DNA of 64,000 nucleotides from Rhodothermales bacterium (lineage in GTDB: Bacteria; Bacteroidota; Rhodothermia; Rhodothermales; Bin80): positions 673,649 through 737,648 of the forward strand of contig OZ242367.1 of the NCBI GenBank assembly GCA_965209015.1, read 5' to 3'. Both the position numbers and the translations under genes were made by a program. Position 1 is the stretch's first letter; the number at the start of each line of letters is the position of its first letter. The notes under the pieces were generated by a model. The model was given only the letters and a program-made list of their open reading frames with translations. It was not told the DNA's origin and made no database searches. Below are positions 7,889 to 17,874 of the stretch, piece by piece.

Positions 7889-8496
7889 GTTGGATCCGTT
7901 GGCTATATGATTGGGTACTTAGTTGGGCAGAGACCCCTTACGGGACGTTAGTATTGTTCGTTCTGGCAGTCACGGAATCCATATTTTTTCCTGTGCCCCC
8001 CGATGTTCTCCTGATTGCCCTTGCCTTGGGACGTCGCAACAGAGCGCTTTACTTTGGTTTGATCTGCAGTTTGGGCTCCCTGTGTGGCGGCGTGATCGGG
8101 TACATGCTTGGTCATTATGCATGGCTCACCGCGGATGGATTTACGCCCCTTGCCCAATTTTTCTTTCATAATGTGCCTGGGTTCAGCGAAGCCATTTACT
8201 CAGATATAGGACGGAGATTTGAGGAATGGGGCTTTATAATCATTTTTACTGCTGGATTTACTCCGATACCCTATAAGCTTTTCACCATCAGTGCAGGGGC
8301 GTTCGGAACATCTTTTCCCCTGTTCCTACTCGCTTCGGTTACCAGTCGTACGGCCAGATTTATCCTCGTAAGTGGGCTAATCTGGCGATTTGGTCCGTCG
8401 GTTCGGACCTTTATTGAACGCTATTTCAACTGGCTAGCCATACTTTTTGCAGTACTCTTGGCAGGAGGCTTTGCAGTACTGAAGTTCCTTACTTGA
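7885..8496 (+). CDS. YqaA/DedA-family (VTT domain) membrane protein
   Basis: Multi-pass membrane ORF. The N-terminal ...TESIFFPVPPDVLLIALAL... matches the YqaA/DedA signature. The TTG start overlaps the upstream stop codon. Confidence 0.7.
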   Translation: MSWIRWLYDWVLSWAETPYGTLVLFVLAVTESIFFPVPPDVLLIALALGRRNRALYFGLICSLGSLCGGVIGYMLGHYAWLTADGFTPLAQFFFHNVPGFSEAIYSDIGRRFEEWGFIIIFTAGFTPIPYKLFTISAGAFGTSFPLFLLASVTSRTARFILVSGLIWRFGPSVRTFIERYFNWLAILFAVLLAGGFAVLKFLT

Positions 8497-10051
8497 TCAG
8501 GACAATTCTGGTGCCTACCACATATCGATCAGACTGGACACGAATGTAGTAGCTTCCGCTCGGAAGTTGACCAGCATCAAAGTTGAGGAGATGTTCCCCG
8601 GCAGAGAGGACTCCATCATGAAGCAGATGAAGGGATCGGCCGAGCATATCTAAAACTTCAGCACGTACTTCGGCTTGCTCAGGGAGAGAAAGAGTAGCTG
8701 TGGTGGTAGGATTAAACGGATTAGGGTAAGCCGGGGAGAGGGAAAAGGATTCAGGAATCGTGGAGGATAGTTCCGTATTCGTGACGATGACGGGGAGCGG
8801 ATCTAGAATAAACATTCCGCCTGGATCGCTATTGACAACGGTCGTCCCACTTCGGGGAAAACGGAATGAACTCCATGCTCCACTATACCCAGGGGAATCC
8901 GATTCTGGATACGTATCAAAATAGGCAACTTCCCGAGGATCATTAATATCGGATATATTCACGATGCGAAGCCCAGTCTTATAGTTGGTCGCAAACATAA
9001 AATCCCCATAGATATACAGGTTATGATCACTGCTTTCCGTGGGATAATAGAACGAGGAATGGTAGACAGGGTCTTCAAGGTCACTTAGATCCCAAATGAT
9101 GGTTCTGGTGTTGTTGACCTGAGGCAGATTTTCATCTGCCTCGTCATTCATAAAAAAGTAGGCTTGATCAGTAGTAAGCCAGCCTTGGTGTGTGTACTGT
9201 ACGAAGGGATAGGTCGCTGCAGCTACGTTCACAGGATTAGATTTATTTGTTACATCGACAATACTAATGTGATTTTCATTAGAACCAATACAGATCTCTC
9301 GGTCATGATAGGTTTCATCTGGGCCGCGATAAATAACGCATTGGACATCGTGCGTGTACCCGTCTCGACTCCTTCCAGTGGAATGATCCGCGAAGCAACC
9401 AGCGTACACTGGATTGAGAGGGTTTTGAATATTTACAATATGGAGCCCCCGACCATTGCACGTATCAAGTGATCCTTGGCTGTTATCGGAGAGTCGATAG
9501 CCTGCGATATATGCAAATCCCGTCTCTTCGTTGATTGCAATATTGTGAGCGGAGCGGAATCCGCCATAATGAGCAGATTCAACAAAATCCTGAGGGACTC
9601 GGGGGGGATTTCGGAGTTGACGAAGATCAAAAACCTGCATCCCATTGTTCCCGCCATCCACGGTCACAAACATGTAATAATTGTAGACCTTCATATCCCT
9701 CCAGAGAATATCACGACTTTGATCATGAGAGGGGAGTTTGCCAAGGTGGATTGGATTCACAGGATCGGTTACGTCAACAAATCCTACGGATCGACTGGTA
9801 CCCACAAGCACATATTCCCGCTGGGTATCAGGATCGGTCCACCCCCAGATATCATTAAGTATATTTGCAGAGGGATCAATCACATCCTTGGAAATACGTG
9901 CAAGAAGATCTACTTGGTTGCATGCGTGATTATCCGCCATTGAGTTAATGCACGGCACACGCGCACCCGTAATGGATGACGTAGCATATTGTGCCCAAGT
10001 GGTCTGAGAAGTAAAAAGGAGAAGGAAGGCAAAGAGGGGAAACGTTTTCAT
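8489..10051 (-). CDS. Secreted LVIVD/choice-of-anchor-B-like beta-propeller protein with a T9SS C-terminal sorting domain
   Basis: Signal peptide MKTFPLFAFLLLF...AQ (I prefer the ATG at 10051 over the track start at 10072). The C-terminal AYPNPFNPTT...YYIRV...IVLIK is a Por/T9SS C-terminal sorting domain (CTD) signature. Confidence 0.8.
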   Translation of the reverse strand: MKTFPLFAFLLLFTSQTTWAQYATSSITGARVPCINSMADNHACNQVDLLARISKDVIDPSANILNDIWGWTDPDTQREYVLVGTSRSVGFVDVTDPVNPIHLGKLPSHDQSRDILWRDMKVYNYYMFVTVDGGNNGMQVFDLRQLRNPPRVPQDFVESAHYGGFRSAHNIAINEETGFAYIAGYRLSDNSQGSLDTCNGRGLHIVNIQNPLNPVYAGCFADHSTGRSRDGYTHDVQCVIYRGPDETYHDREICIGSNENHISIVDVTNKSNPVNVAAATYPFVQYTHQGWLTTDQAYFFMNDEADENLPQVNNTRTIIWDLSDLEDPVYHSSFYYPTESSDHNLYIYGDFMFATNYKTGLRIVNISDINDPREVAYFDTYPESDSPGYSGAWSSFRFPRSGTTVVNSDPGGMFILDPLPVIVTNTELSSTIPESFSLSPAYPNPFNPTTTATLSLPEQAEVRAEVLDMLGRSLHLLHDGVLSAGEHLLNFDAGQLPSGSYYIRVQSDRYVVGTRIVLIK

Positions 10052-10262
10052 TAATGTCTTAGGGTTGACCAATAGGAACCATGAATTTCAGCGAATGTTT
10101 CCTGTTCATAAGGGAATTCGCTTACCTGACAATATGCCTAAAGGCGGTGACAAAGAGGTCCATGAGAGTAGTGGAGTCCTAATTACGGAACTGTTCATTG
10201 ATTGGCACACATAAGTGATACCCGAACATATGTGTAAGATTTAAGACTTTTTTTACTCTGGA

Positions 10263-11840
10263 ATGTTAAACAATTACTATTTGCTGCGACGGCTTGCGCA
10301 TATCTGGGATGAATCATTCGTTGGGGCTTCCTTTGTAGATGCATGGTCTCATACACCCGGCGAGTTAGTGATTGCTCTGGAGCATAATAGTTTGGTTACG
10401 GCGCTATCTTTTTTGACCCATGCGCCGTTGATTGCTGCCTTCCGACGCAAAGATGTTGGTCGTCCGCGGCGTAATGTTACGTCTTTATTTCGTTCGCTGC
10501 GACAGCAGTCCGTCACCCGCGTATCCATTTCGGAAAGTGATAGGATCCTGACATTATGGTTTACTGGTGATCTACAGCTCCATGCGAGTTTATATGGAAG
10601 TCGGGCCAATGTAGTTTTGGCGGATACAGCTGGTCAGGTGCAAGAAGTATTTCGTAGGCGTTTATCAGGGCAGCTCCCCAAGCCACGCATCGCGCCAGAG
10701 CCAAGAACGATGGAAGAGTTTATGGAAAAATGGGATGATGCAAAAGGGGATTCGGTCAAGACTTTGCAACGCATTTTTCTACGTTTCAGTAGAGATCAGG
10801 CTATGGAAGCGATGAAGTTACAAGGTCAGTCTGGCGACGTAGCTCCTGCAATGGTATTTAGGACTGCACAGAAATTACACATGAGATTATTGGATGCGGA
10901 GGGGCCTCTGCATGTTTATCGGGACCCACTACTTATCTCTCTGATTCCGATGTCCATCCGAAGTGGGGATGAAGTAGAGGTGTATGATAATATAGATGTT
11001 GGAGTACGCAAGTACGCGCAACATGCCCTTTCAGCACAGGCCTACCGTGCACAGTACGAGCCTCAGCGGAAACAACTTGTGCGGTTGTTGGACAAGGCAG
11101 AGCGCTCACTTGAAAGAATGAAAATTGAAAAAGCTCAACCCTCACGGGCCAATGAGTACGAGCAGTTGGGTCATCTTCTCATGGCTTCCCCCGTGTTTCC
11201 TGCGGGCGAATCCCGTGTAGAGCTTTCAGATGTATTTAATCCAGACGCCAATGTGACGGTGAAGTTGAATCCAGCACGGAATTCCATACAAAATGCTGAA
11301 CGCTACTACTCTAAGGCGCGAAAGGCACGCACATCGCGCAAAAATCTGGATCTCCGTATCGAACAGGCCGAGTCAAAAATATTATCATTACAGACAGAAC
11401 TGGATGCGCTCGAGAAAGTGAGCACGATCAAGGAGCTGAAAGCATTGCAGAGTACACACGCAAAGTCTGCACAATCAGGGCGGCAATTCCGACGATATAT
11501 TCTTGCACCGTCCTATGAACTATGGGTTGGGCGCAGCGCACAGGAAAATGAAATATTAACATTCCAGTGTGCTCGCTCGTTTGATCTATGGTTTCATGCG
11601 AGAGGAGTGGTTGGAGCTCATGCCATCTTGAGGCTCCCCGGTAGAGATGCAAAGCCAAGCAGCTTTTTGATTGAACAGGCAGCTGCGATTACAGCGTGGC
11701 ATAGTAAAGCTCGTACAAGTAGCCTTGCCCCCGTTGTTGTGACGCCCCGGAAGTATGTTTACCGGGCGAGCGGAGCCCCGCTGGGGAACGTTGTTCTTAC
11801 TCGGGAGGAAGTTGTAATGGTTGAGCCTTCGCTGCCATGA
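10263..11840 (+). CDS. NFACT-family (FbpA/RqcH-like) protein with a DUF814/NFACT-R domain
   Basis: A coiled-coil middle region, with the C-terminal YELWVGRSAQENE...FHARGVVGAHAILR typical of NFACT-R/DUF814. Confidence 0.75.
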   Translation: MLNNYYLLRRLAHIWDESFVGASFVDAWSHTPGELVIALEHNSLVTALSFLTHAPLIAAFRRKDVGRPRRNVTSLFRSLRQQSVTRVSISESDRILTLWFTGDLQLHASLYGSRANVVLADTAGQVQEVFRRRLSGQLPKPRIAPEPRTMEEFMEKWDDAKGDSVKTLQRIFLRFSRDQAMEAMKLQGQSGDVAPAMVFRTAQKLHMRLLDAEGPLHVYRDPLLISLIPMSIRSGDEVEVYDNIDVGVRKYAQHALSAQAYRAQYEPQRKQLVRLLDKAERSLERMKIEKAQPSRANEYEQLGHLLMASPVFPAGESRVELSDVFNPDANVTVKLNPARNSIQNAERYYSKARKARTSRKNLDLRIEQAESKILSLQTELDALEKVSTIKELKALQSTHAKSAQSGRQFRRYILAPSYELWVGRSAQENEILTFQCARSFDLWFHARGVVGAHAILRLPGRDAKPSSFLIEQAAAITAWHSKARTSSLAPVVVTPRKYVYRASGAPLGNVVLTREEVVMVEPSLP

Positions 11841-11877
11841 GACAATTTCCCACTATTTTGCATAGATTCAAAGTTGG

Positions 11878-12678
11878 ATGACTTGGTGGCAGGCGGTAAT
11901 TCTTGGACTTTTACAGGGGCTGACGGAATTCCTTCCCGTTTCTTCTTCGGGGCATCTGGTTTTGGCACAGCATGTACTGGGCTTGCAACTCACACCGGAT
12001 GTTACGTTTGAAGTCTTCCTTCATGCCGGAACTGCTCTCAGTATTATGACGGTTTATAGACATCAGCTCTGGTCTATTGTCACTCATACCACTCGCTCCT
12101 TGGCCCATCCTGTAAGGGGGTATCATACCAATTCAGAGGTTCGAATTGTTTGGCAGGTGGGCTTTGCGAGTATTCCTGCTGGTTTGGCTTATATATTCCT
12201 AGATGCAAAATTGGAATGGACCTACGCGCGTCCCTGGTTTGCATGTATAATGTTGGTTGTGACAGGGGCACTACTTGGGAGTACTTTACTGGCACGTACT
12301 CAGGATGGTCAGGTGACCATATGGAAATCAGTTCTGATTGGATTAGCCCAAGCAATAGCGTTACTTCCTGGGGTATCCAGATCGGGGGCTACAATCAGCT
12401 TTGCACTGCTGTCAGGTGTAAAACCCAGATCGGCGGCTGACTTTTCATTTATTATGGTTCTTCCTGTCATCTTAGGTGCGACGTTCATTAAAGTAATTGA
12501 ACTCATTCAGTCACCAGAAACCATTGATTGGCTACCTGTATTGTTCGGAACACTCATAGCCTACGGAACAGGTATTTTTGCAATTCATATAGTACTCAGA
12601 TTTATTCGTCGTGGTCGGCTGTATATATTTTCGATTTACTGCGTAGGAGTGGGTGGATTAGGACTATTATTTTTATAG
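11878..12678 (+). CDS. uppP: Undecaprenyl-diphosphate phosphatase
   Basis: The BacA/UppP signatures LLQGLTEFLPVSSSGHL and PGVSRSGATI are present. Confidence 0.9.
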   Translation: MTWWQAVILGLLQGLTEFLPVSSSGHLVLAQHVLGLQLTPDVTFEVFLHAGTALSIMTVYRHQLWSIVTHTTRSLAHPVRGYHTNSEVRIVWQVGFASIPAGLAYIFLDAKLEWTYARPWFACIMLVVTGALLGSTLLARTQDGQVTIWKSVLIGLAQAIALLPGVSRSGATISFALLSGVKPRSAADFSFIMVLPVILGATFIKVIELIQSPETIDWLPVLFGTLIAYGTGIFAIHIVLRFIRRGRLYIFSIYCVGVGGLGLLFL

Positions 12679-12702
12679 CAATACAAGTGACAAATATTAT
12701 TC

Positions 12703-13521
12703 ATGCGGCTTACTGCATATGAAAAATCTGTACAGAGGGAAGTCGACGCATGGCTCCGTGGAGATCCCTCATTACTTGCTCGTGCGATGGACTGGGTGAT
12801 GCGTCCAGTTGATTGGGCTGTTGAGCAAGGAGTTCCCGCGCATCTGGTGGATCAGATGAGTGACGCGATCGGTGGATTTCTTTCCAAACTCAATGATGCA
12901 ACGAAGTGGGCGCTTGATTTGAGTGGAATTCAATCCGAGGCCCGCAAGCTCGGATTGGAGCTTGATCAGATTGAAGACCTACGTACGGCTCCTCTGGAAA
13001 CATTGGATGAATTAGCCAAGGGATTCTTTACACAGAATACGGTTTTAGCAGCGCTCAGTGGAGGGGGAACAGGTCTCGGAGGAGTCGTTCTAATTGCCGC
13101 GGATGTTCCGCTACTTTTTGCCATCAATCTTCATTTAATCCAGAAGATTGGTGCAGCATACGGGTTTCCAATGACCGGACCTGAACACGGGACTATTGTC
13201 TTGTCCATCTACAATGCAGCAGCAGCTAATTCCCGCGAGGCACGCAGCGGTGCACTTCATGAAATCGGGATCGCTGCCGCTTCATATGCAGGTGGTGGAT
13301 CCTATCAAGGACGGGTACGCGGAGTCCTTTCCGATCAATCTCGGCATGTGCCTAGAGAGTTGGCCAAAAACCTTGTCGGTCGGAAATTACTACAGACCAT
13401 CCCACTGGCTGGTGCAGCGGTTGGAGCAGGCGTAAATTACTGGTTCACCAGAGAGACTGCGCAGACCTCCTTCATGTTGTTTCGGTCGCTGTTTATTGAA
13501 TATAAAGATCGCCTTCGCTGA
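12703..13521 (+). CDS. EcsC-family protein
   Basis: 272-aa ORF with a glycine-rich hydrophobic core (LSGGGTGLGGVVLIAADVPLLF) resembling EcsC-family proteins. Confidence 0.6.
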   Translation: MRLTAYEKSVQREVDAWLRGDPSLLARAMDWVMRPVDWAVEQGVPAHLVDQMSDAIGGFLSKLNDATKWALDLSGIQSEARKLGLELDQIEDLRTAPLETLDELAKGFFTQNTVLAALSGGGTGLGGVVLIAADVPLLFAINLHLIQKIGAAYGFPMTGPEHGTIVLSIYNAAAANSREARSGALHEIGIAAASYAGGGSYQGRVRGVLSDQSRHVPRELAKNLVGRKLLQTIPLAGAAVGAGVNYWFTRETAQTSFMLFRSLFIEYKDRLR

Positions 13522-13794
13522 TGAGCTGACAGTTGATTTCAGGGGCCGGTATCTCGGATCATCCTGAATCTATGAATCTTGTGTACTTCAATCTTTTGCT
13601 TGGGATGGTTCGTCAAAGACCTGAATTTTCTCGGTAGATCTAGGCAGGTCCGTGCTGCGCGCACGGATACGTCGGACCTGATCTAACAAAAAAGAATTGG
13701 AGAGCGCTGGTTGAATGAACCAAGATTGTTTTAAGTAGGAACACCACCATGGTGTTTGCCGTAATTTACTGGGGCTAACGGCAGATTATTAAAG

Positions 13795-14700
13795 ATGAAA
13801 TCTCGGGATACTCGCTTGACGAGTATAGGTGTGTTCTATGATGGAATGCATTTTAAGCATGTCAGTGACTACTATAATTATTTCCATCAGCGCAAGGCTC
13901 GGATTAGTATTTCAGGTCTGCACAGGTTTGTGTGTGAGCAGGTCGCAGAGAAAGAGGGGGCAAATCCCAAATTTTGTCGAATCGTAGATGCGCATTATTT
14001 CAGAGGACGATTGTCTGCTACCAAGGCAGAGGAGCAAAATCTGCTGCTGAATGAACGTAAGTTTGAAGATGTATTGATTAGCGAGGGAGTGACGACTCAC
14101 TTCCTCCCTGTTCATCCCTCCTCAGGTGAAAAGGGGATTGACGTCTGGCTTTCCCTTGAAGCTTATGATCTAGCTATATCTAAACGATACGATGTGTGTG
14201 TGTTGGTTACGGGCGATGCAGACTATTTGCCATTGGTTCGAAAATTAAATACGTTAGGTATACGAGTCATGTTACTTGCTTGGGATTTTGAGTATGTTGA
14301 TCATCGCGAAAATAAAAAATCTACAAGGACCTCCCAAAAATTGATGGATGAAGTCACCTATCCCGTCCTGATGGATAAGATTATTGATGATCGCTCCAGA
14401 AGAGATGACATGATCTTGAATAATCTCTTCCTAAAATCTTCGGGGAAACCACTATCCGATTTTGAGATAGGTTATAACCAGCACTCCAAACTACAAGGGA
14501 AAATTATTAACCTGCGAGATGGCTACGGATTCATTGAGCCAAACAGGAAAGAGGGAAACAACACGTTCTTCCACCATTCAGTCGTTGTTGATGGTGAATT
14601 CAATGATCTGCGGGTTAATGATCAGGTGGTATATATTCTCTCAACAGATCCTCCCGAGGAAGGTAAAGGTCCTCCCGCGACCGAAGTTCGCAAGATCTAA
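13795..14700 (+). CDS. NYN (LabA-like) domain protein fused to a C-terminal cold-shock domain
   Basis: NYN core GIDVWLSLEAYDLA...VLVTGDADYLPLV. The C-terminal GKIINLRDGYGFIEPN...TFFHHSVV is a cold-shock domain (CSD) RNP-like motif. Confidence 0.8.
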   Translation: MKSRDTRLTSIGVFYDGMHFKHVSDYYNYFHQRKARISISGLHRFVCEQVAEKEGANPKFCRIVDAHYFRGRLSATKAEEQNLLLNERKFEDVLISEGVTTHFLPVHPSSGEKGIDVWLSLEAYDLAISKRYDVCVLVTGDADYLPLVRKLNTLGIRVMLLAWDFEYVDHRENKKSTRTSQKLMDEVTYPVLMDKIIDDRSRRDDMILNNLFLKSSGKPLSDFEIGYNQHSKLQGKIINLRDGYGFIEPNRKEGNNTFFHHSVVVDGEFNDLRVNDQVVYILSTDPPEEGKGPPATEVRKI

Positions 14701-14913
14701 CCTTGGCTTTGAGAGTCATAACCGAAGTTGAACCGAGTTTATTTGGAGTTGAATCTTTTGGAGTTTAATGCCGTGATGTTAGAGAACTTTGATTGGTACC
14801 ATGACACCGCTCGCGATTATAGCGAAAATTTTGCTGACGTTACCTTTTGCAGTTATTGCCAGCTTTCACCACCGATGCGAAGGCATTGGCAAATATGATT
14901 GAGTTAGCACCGA

Positions 14914-15303
14914 ATGGCTAAACACTTACATCTTTCCTCAAGGCACCGCAAAATACTCATGGCTCTATTAGCTACTCATCTGCCAGATATTGAGGTATGG
15001 GCCTATGGTAGCCAAGTTAATGAGCGCAGCCATGAGGGTAGTGATCTTGCTCTTGTGCTACGGGGAGAGAATCTCAAGAAAATCCCCGCTGACTGGTTAG
15101 ACGATTTTGAAGAGGCTATACGGGATTCATCAATTCCCTTTCTCGTTGAGATACGGGACGGTGCACGGATTCCAGAACGGTTTCACTCTCAGACTGAGCG
15201 GCAGTATGTCTTGATTATTCCAGCCAAACAAAGCCAGTCAGCAAGCAAAATAGAGGAAGTAGAGTCCAACATAAACTCAAGTGAATCCACACGTCTACGA
15301 TAA
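14914..15303 (+). CDS. MNT-like (Pol-beta superfamily) nucleotidyltransferase domain protein with a degenerate catalytic motif
   Basis: The pattern YGSQ...x9...SDLALVL matches GS-x(9-13)-D-h-[DE]-h, except that Ala replaces the second acidic residue. There is no adjacent HEPN or substrate-binding partner. Confidence 0.6.
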   Translation: MAKHLHLSSRHRKILMALLATHLPDIEVWAYGSQVNERSHEGSDLALVLRGENLKKIPADWLDDFEEAIRDSSIPFLVEIRDGARIPERFHSQTERQYVLIIPAKQSQSASKIEEVESNINSSESTRLR

Positions 15304-15384
15304 TGAATTCTAGATTGACCGGTTCAGACCTACCACATGGTATGGATCTTGAAGTTTTAACCGTATGGGGGAAGGTCCCAGAAT

Positions 15385-15609
15385 TTGGTGCCCATCCTGG
15401 GAAAGATCTATAAAGGAATGAGTCCGGTAGTAGGCATTTTATTAACGTTGATAGGATATTTTATCGTGAGAGCGGGCTGGCGTTTGTACAGGGCCATTGA
15501 AGTAGATCGTCCGAATAAAATTAAGCGAAGACCTCGGCGTCAGACTATTCAGGATGAGTTTGACGAAGAGTACGGTACTGAAGATGTCCACTGGCGGGAT
15601 CTGCCATGA
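15385..15609 (+). CDS. Small hypothetical membrane protein
   Basis: 74-aa ORF with one hydrophobic helix followed by a charged tail. No family was recognised. Confidence 0.35.
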   Translation: MVPILGKIYKGMSPVVGILLTLIGYFIVRAGWRLYRAIEVDRPNKIKRRPRRQTIQDEFDEEYGTEDVHWRDLP

Positions 15610-15612
15610 GGC

Positions 15613-16275
15613 TTAGACCCCAAATCGAAATGAAAGCCGATGGTTACTGTCCACAGCCGCCCCAGCTTTTCTTGCCGGGCGAAAAAGAGATCGGAGGGCA
15701 GCACGCACTGCGGCCTCTTCAAGACCATAGCCTAATTCGTCAACCAGTGTCCGCGTTTCTTCTCTCTCATTAAGTAAATAACGCTCAAGTATTTGTGGGG
15801 ATTGGACACGTCCCCGTTTGTCTACGACAACAGAGATCACGATTTCGGCACGAATCTTACGACGTTGAGCGGATCGTGGATATTCAGGGGTGACAATTCG
15901 GATCGGCTTCGGGGGTTCGGATGAGGCAATTCCGCCAGTGAGAGCCGCGTCGGGGTCAGGGGGGAGTTCGTCCATAGGAGGACCTGCCACCGACAGAGGA
16001 TCAAAGTCCAGAAGCAGATCTTCCTCAAGAATCACATCTTCCGGTCTGATGACTGGTGGGATTGGTGGAGGCGGCGGTGGAGACCGTCTCACTTGGCGAG
16101 TAGAGACAACCTCCTCCATTTGGATTGTTTCAGGACTGGAGTAAATAATCTCCAATGGCTCCGGGGCCAACGGGAGAGGCCACAGCTTAATACAGAGGAG
16201 TATAAGGACTTGCACCGTAATGATACAGGCAAGCAACCGCATTACGTAGGAGTCCCTGTTATAATGGCGTTCCAT
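15613..16275 (-). CDS. tonB: TonB-family energy transducer
   Basis: An N-terminal transmembrane helix, a proline-rich spacer (RRSPPPPPPIPPV), and a TonB C-terminal domain (PEYPRSAQRRKIRAEIV...). Confidence 0.8.
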   Translation of the reverse strand: MERHYNRDSYVMRLLACIITVQVLILLCIKLWPLPLAPEPLEIIYSSPETIQMEEVVSTRQVRRSPPPPPPIPPVIRPEDVILEEDLLLDFDPLSVAGPPMDELPPDPDAALTGGIASSEPPKPIRIVTPEYPRSAQRRKIRAEIVISVVVDKRGRVQSPQILERYLLNEREETRTLVDELGYGLEEAAVRAALRSLFRPARKAGAAVDSNHRLSFRFGV

Positions 16276-16767
16276 CCATAGGAATCGTCAGTGGAGTTCA
16301 ATCGCGAGTTTAGGAGCTTTTTTCAAGATTCATGTTCATCAAGTAATCAGGTGAAAATGGATCGGAATCAGTCGGTTATGAAAAAAAGTCTTTCGTACTC
16401 TTTGGACCCTCTCCTTTTCAGCAAGAATTTGCGCATGAGACACACAAACCAGAGTCCCACAAAAGAGGGTCCAAAGTCGTATTCACATCAGTCAGCTGTG
16501 TTCATAAAACATTTCTTAATCATGACAATGGACTTGGATCTCCTCATCAAATCCATATGGATGTGTGTAATGAAACTAACGATCTGGAGTCACTTTGCGG
16601 GGGAAAATTTTGGGTGGCTCACAGGACTAAACCTCAACTTCAGCGTTGAAATGTAGTCAAATTTTGGAATGTCCGTTTGAGACTCTTATCTTAGGCGATA
16701 TATGGTTAGGATAGGCCTTCTCGTTTCACGGGAGGGCTTTTTTATGGGCGTGAATAATTGGAGACTA

Positions 16768-17874
16768 ATGAGTTTTGTGCCATCACTTTCAAAGCTTGTA
16801 TTGGCGGATGGTACGATCGTTACCGGAATGGCGATCGGTGCCAGTGGAGAAGCCGGAGGAGAACTCTGCTTTAATACAAGCATGACGGGGTACCAAGAGA
16901 TCCTAACAGATCCCTCGTATCATGGGCAGATCATGATGATGACCTATCCCCATATTGGGAATTATGGTGCAGATGATGACGATACGGAGGCAGCTCAACC
17001 AATGGTATCGGCGCTAGTCGTGCGTGCATTTTCTCATGAGTACTCAAACCTCCTTGCACAAGAGTCACTTCATAACTACATGGATCGCCATGGTTTGGTT
17101 GGTATCACCGGTATTGATACACGAAGACTAGTTCTGCACATTCGGAAGCGTGGGGTCATGAATGCGATCATATCGTCCACAGACCTGGAGGATGCATCCC
17201 TAATCGAAAAAGCACAGGCTTGGCCGAGCATGGATGGATTGGAATTGGCCTCCCGAGTGACATGCGGTGAATCGTATGCCTATTCTGACAGCGGCAATCA
17301 ACGTATTGCGGTGTATGATTTTGGGGTTAAAATCAATATTCTTCGCACGTTTGCGGATCAAGGGTGTAAGGTGAGAGTCTTTCCAGGTGCGACATCTCTG
17401 AAAGATGTTCTCTCCTGGTCTCCTGACGGGATATTCTTCTCCAACGGTCCAGGAGATCCTCGGGTTATGCCGGAAGCAGTAGAGTGTGTGCGAGAAGCAA
17501 CGGCAACGGGGTTGCCTCTATTTGGAATTTGTCTCGGGCACCAATTGATGGCCCTAGCGCAGGGAATTGAGGTCTTTAAGATGTATGTAGGTCATAGAGG
17601 AGCAAATCAGCCGGTCAAAAATCTTTCAACCGGAAGGGTTGAAGTGACTACCCAGAACCATGGATTCTCAGTTGATCCAGTGTCTGTAGACTCTAATGTA
17701 GCAGTAGTGTCTCATTTGAACCTCAATGATCAAACTGTTGAGGGTCTCCGGTTCAAGAGTTTTCAGGGATTTAGTGTTCAGTATCATCCAGAAGCATCAC
17801 CGGGTCCGCATGATAGTCGTTATTTATTTGAGGAGTACTTACATATGTGTTCACAAAACTCTCCACACAATTGA
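16768..17874 (+). CDS. carA: Carbamoyl-phosphate synthase small (glutaminase) subunit
   Basis: Typical N-terminus KLVLADGT..TG.AIG and the GATase motif GICLGHQL. I prefer the ATG at 16768 over the track start at 16702. Confidence 0.9.
   Translation: MSFVPSLSKLVLADGTIVTGMAIGASGEAGGELCFNTSMTGYQEILTDPSYHGQIMMMTYPHIGNYGADDDDTEAAQPMVSALVVRAFSHEYSNLLAQESLHNYMDRHGLVGITGIDTRRLVLHIRKRGVMNAIISSTDLEDASLIEKAQAWPSMDGLELASRVTCGESYAYSDSGNQRIAVYDFGVKINILRTFADQGCKVRVFPGATSLKDVLSWSPDGIFFSNGPGDPRVMPEAVECVREATATGLPLFGICLGHQLMALAQGIEVFKMYVGHRGANQPVKNLSTGRVEVTTQNHGFSVDPVSVDSNVAVVSHLNLNDQTVEGLRFKSFQGFSVQYHPEASPGPHDSRYLFEEYLHMCSQNSPHN

Noticed and set aside
13645-13680. SRP (4.5S) RNA, because of the CAGGTCCG string
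   Set aside because: The conserved SRP helix-8 sequence (GGAAGGAAGCAGCC-type) is absent. It was kept only as a leader hairpin.
16291-16656. 121-aa plus-strand ORF upstream of carA
   Set aside because: Its composition is implausible, no family was recognised, and it contains the long hairpin reported separately. I treated it as non-coding.
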